DNA from: Eledone cirrhosa
Lineage: Eukaryota
NCBI GenBank assembly: GCA_964016885.1
Contig: OZ024758.1
Location: forward strand, 38,130,001 to 38,194,000
DNA length: 64,000 nucleotides
Direction of reading: 5' to 3'
Shown here piece after piece: positions 28,601-41,110 of the stretch (positions are counted from its first letter, which is position 1; the number at the start of each line of letters is the position of its first letter). A program made the position numbers and the translations under genes. Under the pieces are notes generated by a model. That model ran no database searches. It saw only the letters and a program-made list of their open reading frames with translations, and had not been told where the DNA came from.

Positions 28601-31600
28601 CATTTAAGTTCATGGTATTAGCTGTCAGAAGGAACTCCAATGTTGGTGAGAATTCATTTAAGTCATGGTACTAGCTGTCAGAAGTAACTCCACTGTTGGT
28701 GAGAATTCATTTAAGTTCATGGTATTAGCTGTCAGAAGGAACTCCAATGTTGGTGAGAATTCATTTAAGTCATGGTACTAGCTGTCAGAAGTAACTCCAC
28801 TGTTGGTGAGAATTCATTTAAGTTCATGGTATTAGTTTGTCAGAAGTAACTCCACTGTTGGTGAGAATTCATTTAAGTCATGGTATTAGTTGTCAGAAGT
28901 AACTCCAATGTTGGTGAGAATCCATTTAAGCCATGGTACTAGCTGTCAGAAGTAACTCCAATGTTGGTGAGAATTCATTTAATTTCATGGTATTAGCTGT
29001 CAGAACGAACTCCACTGTTGGTGAGAATTCATTTAAGTTCATGGTATTAGCTGTCAGAAGTAACTCCACTGTTGGTGAGAATTCATTTAAGTTCATGGTA
29101 CTAGCTGTCAGAAGTAACTCCAATGTTGGTGAGAATTCATTTAAGTTCATGGTATTAGCTGTCAGAAGTAACTCCACTGTTGGTGAGAGTTCATTTAAGT
29201 CATGGTATAAGCTGTCAGAAGTAACTCCAATGTTGGTGAGAATTCATTTAAGTTCATGGTATTAGCTGTCAGAAGTAACGCCACAGTTGGTGAGAATTCA
29301 TTTAAGTTCATGGTATTAGCTGTCAGAAGTAACTCCACTGTTGGTGAGAATTCATTTAAGTTCATGGTACTAGCTGTCAGAAGTAACTCCACTGTTGGTG
29401 AGAATTCATTTAAGTTCATGGTATTAGTTTGTCAGAAGTAACTCCACTGTTGGTGAGAATTCATTTAAGTCATGGTATAAGCTGTCAGAAGTAACTCCAA
29501 TGTTGGTGAGAATTCATTTAAGTTCATGGTATTAGCTGTCAGAAGTAACGCCACAGTTGGTGAGAATTCATTTAAGTTCATGGTATTAGCTGTCAGAAGT
29601 AACTCCACTGTTGGTGAGAATTCATTTAAGTTCATGGTACTAGCTGTCAGAAGTAACTCCACTGTTGGTGAGAATTCATTTAAGTTCATGGTATTAGTTT
29701 GTCAGAAGTAACTCCACTGTTGGTGAGAATTCATTTAAGTCATGGTATTAGTTGTCAGAAGTAACTCCAATGTTGGTGAGAATTCATTTAAGTTCATGGT
29801 ATTAGCTGTCAGAAGGAACTCCACTGTTGGTGAGAATTCATTTAAGTTCATGGTATTAGCTGTCAGAAGGAACTCCAATGTTGGTGAGAATTCATTTAAG
29901 TCATGGTACTAGCTGTCAGAAGTAACTCCACTGTTGGTGAGAATTCATTTAAGTTCATGGTATTAGCTGTCAGAAGGAACTCCACTGTTGGTGAGAATTC
30001 ATTTAAGTTCATGGTACTAGCTGTCAGAAGTAACTCCACTGTTGGTGAGAATTCATTTAAGTTCATGGTATTAGTTTGTCAGAAGTAACTCCACTGTTGG
30101 TGAGAATTCATTTAAGTCATGGTATTAGTTGTCAGAAGTAACTCCAATGTTGGTGAGAATTCATTTAAGCCATGGTACTAGCTGTCAGAAGTAACTCCAA
30201 TGTTGGTGAGAATTCATTTAATTTCATGGTATTAGCTGTCAGAACGAACTCCACTGTTGGTGAGAATTCATTTAAGTTCATGGTATTAGCTGTCAGAAGT
30301 AACTCCACTGTTGGTGAGAATTCATTTAAGTTCATGGTACTAGCTGTCAGAAGTAACTCCAATGTTGGTGAGAATTCATTTAAGTTCATGGTATTAGCTG
30401 TCAGAAGGAACTCTACTGTTGCTGAGAATTCATTTAAGTTCATGGTATTAGCTGTCAGAAGTAACTCCACTGTTGGTGAGAATTCATTTAAGTTCATGGT
30501 ACTAGCTGTCAGAAGTAACTCCAATGTTGGTGAGAATTCATTTAAGTTCATGGTATTAGCTGTCAGAAGTAACTCCACTGTTGGTGAGAATTCATTTAAG
30601 TCATGGTATTAGCTGTCAGAAGTAACTCCAATGTTGGTGAGAATTCATTTAAGTCATGGTACTAGCTGTCAGAAGTAACTCCAATGTTGGTGAGAATTCA
30701 TTTAAGTTCATGGTATTAGCTGTCAGAAGTAACTCCACTGTTGGTGAGAATTCATTTAAGTTCATGGTATTAGCTGTCAGAAGTAACTCCACTGTTGGTG
30801 AGAATTCATTTAAGTTCATGGTATTAGCTGTCAGAAGTAACTCCACTGTTGGTGAGAATTCATTTAGGTTCATGGTATTAGCTGTCAGAAGTAACTCCAC
30901 TGTTGGTGAGAATTCATTTAAGTTCATGGTATTAGCTGTCAGAAGGAACTCCAATGTTGGTGAGAATTCATTTACGTCATGGTACTAGCTGTCAGAAGTA
31001 ACTCCACTGTTGGTGAGAATTCATTTAAGTTCATGGTATTAGCTGTCAGAAGGAACGCCACTGTTGGTGAGAATTCATTTAAGTTCATGGTACTAGCTGT
31101 CAGAAGTAACTCCAATGTTGGTGAGAATTCATTTAAGTTCATGGTATTAGCTGTCAGAAGGAACTCCACTGTTGCTGAGAATTCATTTAAGTTCATGGTA
31201 TTAGCTGTCAGAAGGAACTCCACTGTTGCTGAGAATTCATTTAAGTTCATGGTACTAGCTGTCAGAAGTAACTCCACTGTTGGTGAGAATTCATTTAAGT
31301 TCATGGTATTAGCTGTCAGAAGTCACTCCAATGTTGGTGAGAATTCATTTAGGTTCATGGTATTAGCTGTCAGAAGTCACTCCACTGTTGGTGAGAATTC
31401 ATTTAAGTTCATGGTACTAGCTGTCAGAAGTAACCCCAATGTTGGTGAGAATTCATTTAAGTTCATGGTATTAGCTGTCAGAAGTCACTCCAATGTTGGT
31501 GAGAATTCATTTAAGTTCATGGTATTAGCTGTCAGAAGTAACTCCACTGTTGGTGAGAATTCATTTATGTTCATGGTATTAGTTTGTCAGAAGTAACTCC

Positions 31601-33355
31601 ACTGTTGGTGACAATTCAATTAAGTTCATGGTACTAGCTGTCAGAAGTAACTCCACTGTTGGTGAGAATTCATTTAAGTTCATGGTATTAGCTGTCAGAA
31701 GTCACTCCAATGTTGGTGAGAATACATTTAAGTTCATGGTATTAGCTGTCAGAAGGAACTCCACTGTTGGTGAGAATTCATTTAAGTTCATGGTATTAGC
31801 TGTCAGAAGGAACTCCAATGTTGGTGAGAATTCATTTAAGTCATGGTACTAGCTGTCAGAAGTAACTCCACTGTTGGTGAGAATTCATTTAAGTTCATGG
31901 TATTAGCTGTCAGAAGGAACTCCACTGTTGGTGAGAATTCATTTAAGTTCATGGTACTAGCTGTCAGAAGTAACTCCACTGTTGGTGAGAATTCATTTAA
32001 GTTCATGGTATTAGTTTGTCAGAAGTAACTCCACTGTTGGTGAGAATTCATTTAAGTCATGGTATTAGTTGTCAGAAGTAACTCCAATATTGGTGAGAAT
32101 TCATTTAAGCCATGGTACTAGCTGTCAGAAGTAACTCCAATGTTGGTGAGAATTCATTTAATTTCATGGTATTAGCTGTCAGAACGAACTCCACTGTTGG
32201 TGAGAATTCATTTAAGTTCATGGTATTAGCTGTCAGAAGTAACTCCACTGTTGGTGAGAATTCATTTAAGTTCATGGTACTAGCTGTCAGAAGTAACTCC
32301 AATGTTGGTGAGAATTCATTTAAGTTCATGGTATTAGCTGTCAGAAGTAACTCCACTGTTGGTGAGAGTTCATTTAAGTCATGGTATTAGCTGTCAGAAG
32401 TAACTCCAATGTTGGTGAGAATTCATTTAAGTTCATGGTATTAGCTGTCAGAAGTAACGCCACAGTTGGTGAGAATTCATTTAAGTTCATGGTATTAGCT
32501 GTCAGAAGTAACTCCACTGTTGGTTAGAATTCATTTAAGTTCATGGTACTAGCTGTCAGAAGTAACTCCACTGTTGGTGAGAATTCATTTAAGTTCATGG
32601 TATTAGTTTGTCAGAAGTAACTCCACTGTTGGTGAGAATTCATTTAAGTCATGGTATTAGTTGTCAGAAGTAACTCCAATGTTGGTGAGAATTCATTTAA
32701 GTTCATGGTATTAGCTGTCAGAAGGAACTCCACTGTTGGTGAGATTTCATTTAAGTTCATGGTATTAGCTGTCAGAAGGAACTCCAATGTTGGTGAGAAT
32801 TCATTTAAGTCATGGTACTAGCTGTCAGAAGTAACTCCACTGTTGGTGAGAATTCATTTAAGTTCATGGTATTAGCTGTCAGAAGGAACTCCACTGTTGG
32901 TGAGAATTCATTTAAGTTCATGGTACTAGCTGTCAGAAGTAACTCCACTGTTGGTGAGAATTCATTTAAGTCATGGTATTAGTTGTCAGAAGTAACTCCA
33001 ATGTTGGTGAGAATTCATTTAAGCCATGGTACTAGCTGTCAGAAGTAACTCCAATGTTGGTGAGAATTCATTTAATTTCATGGTATTAGCTGTCAGAACG
33101 AACTCCACTGTTGGTGAGAATTCATTTAAGTTCATGGTATTAGCTGTCAGAAGTAACTCCACTGTTGGTGAGAATTCATTTAAGTTCATGGTACTAGCTG
33201 TCAGAAGTAACTCCAATGTTGGTGAGAATTCATTTAAGTTCATGGTATTAGCTGTCAGAAGGAACTCTACTGTTGCTGAGAATTCATTTAAGTTCATGGT
33301 ATTAGCTGTCAGAAGTAACTCCACTGTTGGTGAGAATTCATTTAAGTTCATGGTA
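19643..33355. repeat. Tandem duplication of a 6,837-bp (127-monomer) block
   Basis: Fifteen plus-strand ORF pairs are offset exactly 6837 (19837/26674 through 26189/33026). Shared private SNPs: GAATCC at 22081/28918, AATATTGG at ~25250/~32087, GGTTAG at ~25685/~32522 and GAGATTT at ~25904/~32741. Confidence 0.93.
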
Positions 33356-36300
33356 CTAGCTGTCAGAAGTAACTCCAATGTTGGTGAGAATTCATTTAAG
33401 TTCATGGTATTAGCTGTCAGAAGTAACTCCACTGTTGGTGAGAATTCATTTAAGTCATGGTATTAGCTATCAGAAGTAACTCCAATGTTGGTGAGAATTC
33501 ATTTAAGTCATGGTACTAGCTGTCAGAAGTAACTCCAATGTTGGTGAGAATTCATTTAAGTTCATGGTATTAGCTGTCAGAAGTAACTCCACTGTTGGTG
33601 AGAATTCATTTAAGTTCATGGTATTAGCTGTCAGAAGTAACTCCACTGTTGGTGAGAATTCATTTAAGTTCATGGTATTAGCTGTCAGAAGTAACTCCAC
33701 TGTTGGTGAGAATTCATTTAGGTTCATGGTATTAGCTGTCAGAAGTAACTCCACTGTTGGTGAGAATTCATTTAAGTTCATGGTATTAGCTGTCAGAAGT
33801 AACTCCACTGTTGGTGAGAATTCATTTAGGTTCATGGTATTAGCTGTCAGAAGTAACTCCACTGTTGGTGAGAATTCATTTAAGTTCATGGTATTAGCTG
33901 TCAGAAGTAACTCCACTGTTGGTGAGAGTTCATTTAAGTCATGGTATTAGCTGTCAGAAGTAACTCCAATGTTGGTGAGAATTCATTTAAGTTCATGGTA
34001 TTAGCTCTCAGAAGTAACTCCACTGTTAGTGAGAATTCATTTAAGTTCATGGTATTAGCTGTCAGAAGTAACTCCACTGTTGGTGAGAATTCATTTAAGT
34101 TCATGGTACTAGCTGTCAGAAGTAACTCCACTGTTGGTGAGAATTCATTTAAGTTCATGGTATTAGTTTGTCAGAAGTAACTCCACTGTTGGTGAGAATT
34201 CATTTAAGTCATGGTATTAGTTGTCAGAAGTAACTCCAATGTTGGTGAGAATTCATTTAAGTTCATGGTATTAGTTTGTCAGAAGTAACTCCACTGTTGG
34301 TGAGAATTCATTTAAGTCATGGTATTAGTTGTCAGAAGTAACTCCAATGTTGGTGAGAATTCATTTAAGCCATGGTACTAGCTGTCAGAAGTAACTCCAA
34401 TGTTGGTGAGAATTCATTTAATTTCATGGTATTAGCTGTCAGAACGAACTCCACTGTTGGTGAGAATTCATTTAAGTTCATGGTATTAGCTGTCAGAAGT
34501 AACTCCACTGTTGTTGAGAATTCATTTAAGTTCATGGTACTAGCTGTCAGAAGTAACTCCAATGTTGGTGAGAATTCATTTAAGTTCATGGTATTAGCTG
34601 TCAGAAGTAACTCCACTGTTGGTGAGAGTTCATTTAAGTCATGGTATAAGCTGTCAGAAGTACCTCCAATGTTGGTGAGAATTCATTTAAGTTCATGGTA
34701 TTAGCTGTCAGAAGTAACGCCACAGTTGGTGAGAATTCATTTAAGTTCATGGTATTAGCTGTCAGAAGTAACTCCACTGTTGGTGAGAATTCATTTAAGT
34801 TCATGGTACTAGCTGTCAGAAGTAACTCCACTGTTGGTGAGAATTCATTTAAGTTCATGGTATTAGTTTGTCAGAAGTAACTCCACTGTTGGTGAGAATT
34901 CATTTAAGTCATGGTATAAGCTGTCAGAAGTAACTCCAATGTTGGTGAGAATTCATTTAAGTTCATGGTATTAGCTGTCAGAAGTAACGCCACAGTTGGT
35001 GAGAATTCATTTAAGTTCATGGTATTAGCTGTCAGAAGTAACTCCACTGTTGGTGAGAATTCATTTAAGTTCATGGTACTAGCTGTCAGAAGTAACTCCA
35101 CTGTTGGTGAGAATTCATTTAAGTTCATGGTATTAGTTTGTCAGAAGTAACTCCACTGTTGGTGAGAATTCATTTAAGTCATGGTATTAGTTGTCAGAAG
35201 TAACTCCAATGTTGGTGAGAATTCATTTAAGTTCATGGTATTAGCTGTCAGAAGGAACTCCACTGTTGGTGAGAATTCATTTAAGTTTATGGTATTAGCT
35301 GTCAGAAGGAACTCCAATGTTGGTGAGAATTCATTTAAGTCATGGTACTAGCTGTCAGAAGTAACTCCACTGTTGGTGAGAATTCATTTAAGTTCATGGT
35401 ATTAGCTGTCAGAAGGAACTCCACTGTTGGTGAGAATTCATTTAAGTTCATGGTACTAGCTGTCAGAAGTAACTCCACTGTTGGTGAGAATTCATTTAAG
35501 TTCATGGTATTAGTTTGTCAGAAGTAACTCCACTGTTGGTGAGAATTCATTTAAGTCATGGTATTAGTTGTCAGAAGTAACTCCAATGTTGGTGAGAATT
35601 CATTTAAGCCATGGTACTAGCTGTCAGAAGTAACTCCAATGTTGGTGAGAATTCATTTAATTTCATGGTATTAGCTGTCAGAACGAACTCCACTGTTGGT
35701 GAGAATTCATTTAAGTTCATGGTATTAGCTGTCAGAAGTAACTCCACTGTTGGTGAGAATTCATTTAAGTTCATGGTACTAGCTGTCAGAAGTAACTCCA
35801 ATGTTGGTGAGAATTCATTTAAGTTCATGGTATTAGCTGTCAGAAGGAACTCTACTGTTGCTGAGAATTCATTTAAGTTCATGGTATTAGCTGTCAGAAG
35901 TAACTCCACTGTTGGTGAGAATTCATTTAAGTTCATGGTACTAGCTGTCAGAAGTAACTCCAATGTTGGTGAGAATTCATTTAAGTTCATGGTATTAGCT
36001 GTCAGAAGTAACTCCACTGTTGGTGAGAATTCATTTAAGTCATGGTATTAGCTGTCAGAAGTAACTCCAATGTTGGTGAGAATTCATTTAAGTCATGGTA
36101 CTAGCTGTCAGAAGTAACTCCAATGTTGGTGAGAATTCATTTAAGTTCATGGTATTAGCTGTCAGAAGTAACTCCACTGTTGGTGAGAATTCATTTAAGT
36201 TCATGGTATTAGCTGTCAGAAGTAACTCCACTGTTGGTGAGAATTCATTTAAGTTCATGGTATTAGCTGTCAGAAGTAACTCCACTGTTGGTGAGAATTC

Positions 36301-37160
36301 ATTTAGGTTCATGGTATTAGCTGTCAGAAGTAACTCCACTGTTGGTGAGAATTCATTTAAGTTCATGGTATTAGCTGTCAGAAGGAACTCCAATGTTGGT
36401 GAGAATTCATTTACGTCATGGTACTAGCTGTCAGAAGTAACTCCACTGTTGGTGAGAATTCATTTAAGTTCATGGTATTAGCTGTCAGAAGGAACGCCAC
36501 TGTTGGTGAGAATTCATTTAAGTTCATGGTACTAGCTGTCAGAAGTAACTCCAATGTTGGTGAGAATTCATTTAAGTTCATGGTATTAGCTGTCAGAAGG
36601 AACTCCACTGTTGCTGAGAATTCATTTAAGTTCATGGTATTAGCTGTCAGAAGGAACTCCACTGTTGCTGAGAATTCATTTAAGTTCATGGTACTAGCTG
36701 TCAGAAGTAACTCCACTGTTGGTGAGAATTCATTTAAGTTCATGGTATTAGCTGTCAGAAGTCACTCCAATGTTGGTGAGAATTCATTTAGGTTCATGGT
36801 ATTAGCTGTCAGAAGTCACTCCACTGTTGGTGAGAATTCATTTAAGTTCATGGTACTAGCTGTCAGAAGTAACCCCAATGTTGGTGAGAATTCATTTAAG
36901 TTCATGGTATTAGCTGTCAGAAGTCACTCCAATGTTGGTGAGAATTCATTTAAGTTCATGGTATTAGCTGTCAGAAGTAACTCCACTGTTGGTGAGAATT
37001 CATTTATGTTCATGGTATTAGTTTGTCAGAAGTAACTCCACTGTTGGTGACAATTCAATTAAGTTCATGGTACTAGCTGTCAGAAGTAACTCCACTGTTG
37101 GTGAGAATTCATTTAAGTTCATGGTATTAGCTGTCAGAAGTCACTCCAATGTTGGTGAGA
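32750..37160. repeat. Third, more diverged partial copy of the ~27.0-31.7 kb block (offset 5,707 then 5,439 bp)
   Basis: Pairs 27319/33026, 27803/33510 and 28234/33941 are offset 5707; 28933/34372 through 30979/36418 are offset 5439. Markers TTTACGTC and GACAATTCAATT occur at ~24135/~30972/~36411 and ~24773/~31610/~37049. Confidence 0.85.
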
Positions 37161-37229
37161 ATTCATTTAGGTTCATGGTATTAGCTGTCAGAAGGAACTC
37201 CAATGTTGGTGAGAATTCATTTAAGTCAT

Positions 37230-40200
37230 GGTACTAGCTGTCAGAAGTAACTCCACTGTTGGTGAGAATTCATTTAAGTTCATGGTATTAGCTGTCAGCA
37301 GGAACGCCACTGTTGGTGAGAATTCATTTAAGTTCATTGTATTAGCTGTCAGAAGTAACTCCACTGTTGGTGAGAATTCTTTTAAGTCATGGTATTAGCT
37401 GTCAGAAGTAACTCCAATGTTGGTGAGAATTTATTTAAGTTCATGGTATTAGCTGTCAGAAGTCACTCCACTGTTGGTGAGAATTCATTTAAGTTCATGG
37501 TACTAGCTGTCAGAAGTAACCCCAATGTTGGTGAGAATTCATTTAAGTTCATGGTATTAGCTGTCAGAAGTCACTCCAATGTTGGTGAGAATTCATTTAA
37601 GTTCATGGTATTAGCTGTCAGAAGTAACTCCACTGTTGGTGAGAATTCATTTAAGTTCATGGTATTAGCTGTCAGAAGTAACTCCACTGTTGGTGAGAAT
37701 TCATTTAAGTTCATGGTATTAGCTGTCAGAAGTAACTCCACTGTTGGTGAGAATTCATTTAAGTTCATGGTATTAGCTGTTAGATGGAACTCCAATGTTG
37801 GTGAGAATTCATTTAAGTCATGGTACTAGCTGTCAGAAGTAACTCCACTGTTGGTGAGAATTCATTTAAGTTCATGGTATTAGCTGTCAGAAGGAACGCC
37901 ACTGTTGGTGAGAATTCATTTAAGTTCATGGTATTAGCTGTCAGAAGTAACTCCACTGTTGGTGAGAATTCATTTAAGTTCATGGTACTAGCTGTCAGAA
38001 GTAACTCCAATGTTGGTGAGAATTCATTTAAGTTCATGGTATTAGCTGTCAGAAGGAACTCCACTGTTGCTGAGAATTCATTTAAGTTCATGGTATTAGC
38101 TGTCAGAAGTCACTCCAATGTTGGTGAGAATTCATTTAAGTTCATGGTATTAGCTGTCAGAAGTAACTCCACTGTTGGTGAGAATTCATTTAAGTTCATG
38201 GTATTAGCTGTCAGAAGTAACTCCACTGTTGGTGAGAATTCATTTAAGTTCATGGTATTAGCTGTCAGAAGTAACTCCACTGTTGGTGAGAATTCATTTA
38301 AGTTCATGGTATTAGCTGTCAGAAGGAACTCCAATGTTGGTGAGAATTCATTTAAGTCATGGTACTAGCTGTCAGAAGTAACTCCACTGTTGGTGAGAAT
38401 TCATTCAAGTTCATGGTACTAGCTGTCAGAAGTAACTCCACTGTTGGTGAGAATTCATTTAAGTTCATGGTATTAGCTGTCAGAAGTCACTCCAATGTTG
38501 GTGAGAATTCATTTAAGTTCATGGTATTAGCTGTCAGAAGTCACTCCACTGTTGGTGAGAATTCATTTAAGTTCATGGTACTAGCTGTCCGAAGTAACCC
38601 CAATGTTGGTGAGAATTCATTTAAGTTCATGGTATTAGCTGTCAGAAGTCACTCCAATGTTGGTGAGAATTCATTTAAGTTCATGGTACTAGCTGTCAGA
38701 AGTAACTCCAATGTTGGTGAGAATTCATTTAAGTTCATGGTATTAGCTGTCAGAAGGAACTCCACTGTTGCTGAGAATTCATTTAAGTTCATGGTATTAG
38801 CTGTCAGAAGTAACTCCACTGTTGGTGAGAATTCATTTAAGTTCATGGTACTAGCTGTCAGAAGTCACTCCACTGTTGGTGAGAATACATTTAAGTTCAT
38901 GGTATTAGCTGTCAGAAGGAACGCCACTGTTGGTGAGAATTCATTTAAGTTCATGGTATTAGCTGTCAGAGGTAACTCCACTGTTGGTGAGAATTCATTT
39001 AAGTTCATGGTACTAGCTGTCAGAAGTAACTCCACTGTTGGTGAGAATTCATTTAAGTTCATGGTATTAGCTGTCAGAAGTCACTCCAATGTTGGTGAGA
39101 ATTCATTTAAGTTCATGGTATTAGCTGTCAGAAGTCACTCCACTGTTGGTGAGAATTCATTTAAGTTCATGGTACTAGCTGTCAGAAGTAACCCGAATGT
39201 TGGTGAGAATTCATTTAAGTTCATGGTATTAGCTGTCAGAAGTCACTCCAATGTTGGTGAGAATTCATTTAAGTTCATGGTATTAGCTGTCAGAAGTAAC
39301 TCCACTGTTGGTGAGAATTCATTTAAGTTCATGGTATTAGCTGTCAGAAGTAACTCCACTGTTGGTGAGAATTCATTTAAGTTCATGGTATTAGCTGTCA
39401 GAAGTAACTCCACTGTTGGTGAGAATTCATTTAAGTCATGGTATTAGCTGTCAGAAGTAACTCCAATGTTGGTGAGAATTCATTTAAGTTCATGGTATTA
39501 GCTGTCAGAAGTCACTCCACTGTTATTGAGAATTCATTTAAGTTCATGGTACTAGCTGTCAGAAGTAACCCCAATGTTGGTGAGAATTCATTTAAGTTCA
39601 TGGTATTAGCTGTCAGAAGTCACTCCAATGTTGGTGAGAATTCATTTAAGTTCATGGTATTAGCTGTCAGAAGTAACTCCACTGTTGGTGAGAATTCATT
39701 TAAGTTCATGGTATTAGCTGTCAGAAGTAACTCCACTGTTGGTGAGAATTCATTTAAGTTCATGGTATTAGCTGTCAGAAGTAACTGCACTGTTGGTGAG
39801 AATTCATTTAAGTTCATGGTATTAGCTGTCAGAAGGAACTCCAATGTTAGTGAGAATTCATTTAAGTCATGGTACTAGCTGTCAGAAGTAACTCCACTGT
39901 TGGTGAGAATTCATTTAAGTTCATGGTATTAGCTGTCAGAAGTAACTCCACTGTTGGTGAGAATTCATTTAAGTTCATGGTATTAGCTGTCAGCAGGAAC
40001 GCCACTGTTGGTGAGAATTCATTTAAGTTCATTGTATTAGCTGTCAGAAGTAACTCCACTGTTGGTGAGAATTCTTTTAAGTCATGGTATTAGCTGTCAG
40101 AAGTAACTCCAATGTTGGTGAGAATTTATTTAAGTTCATGGTATTAGCTGTCAGAAGTCACTCCACTGTTGGTGAGAATTCATTTAAGTTCATGGTACTA

Positions 40201-41110
40201 GCTGTCAGAAGTAACCCCAATGTTGGTGAGAATTCATTTAAGTTCATGGTATTAGCTGTCAGAAGTCACTCCAATGTTGGTGAGAATTCATTTAAGTTCA
40301 TGGTATTAGCTGTCAGAAGTAACTCCACTGTTGGTGAGAATTCATTTAAGTTCATGGTATTAGCTGTCAGAAGTAACTCCACTGTTGGTGAGAATTCATT
40401 TAAGTTCATAGTATTAGCTGTCAGAAGTAACTCCACTGTTGGTGAGAATTCATTTAAGTTCATGGTATTAGCTGTTAGATGGAACTCCAATGTTGGTGAG
40501 AATTCATTTAAGTCATGGTACTAGCTGTCAGAAGTAACTCCACTGTTGGTGAGAATTCATTTAAGTTCATGGTATTAGCTGTCAGAAGGAACGCCACTGT
40601 TGGTGAGAATTCATTTAAGTTCATGGTATTAGCTGTCAGAAGTAACTCCACTGTTGGTGAGAATTCATTTAAGTTCATGGTACTAGCTGTCAGAAGTAAC
40701 TCCAATGTTGGTGAGAATTCATTTAAGTTCATGGTATTAGCTGTCAGAAGGAACTCCACTGTTGCTGAGAATTCATTTAAGTTCATGGTATTAGCTGTCA
40801 GAAGTCACTCCAATGTTGGTGAGAATTCATTTAAGTTCATGGTATTAGCTGTCAGAAGTAACTCCACTGTTGGTGAGAATTCATTTAAGTTCATGGTATT
40901 AGCTGTCAGAAGTAACTCCACTGTTGGTGAGAATTCATTTAAGTTCATGGTATTAGCTGTCAGAAGTAACTCCACTGTTGGTGAGAATTCATTTAAGTTC
41001 ATGGTATTAGCTGTCAGAAGGAACTCCAATGTTGGTGAGAATTCATTTAAGTCATGGTACTAGCTGTCAGAAGTAACTCCACTGTTGGTGAGAATTCATT
41101 CAAGTTCATG
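37230..41110. repeat. Block repeat at offset 2,695 bp (50 monomers)
   Basis: ORF pairs 37389/40084, 37820/40515 and 38359/41054. Shared markers CAGCAGG, GAATTCTTTT, GAATTTAT, GTTAGATGG and CATTCAAG. Confidence 0.85.
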
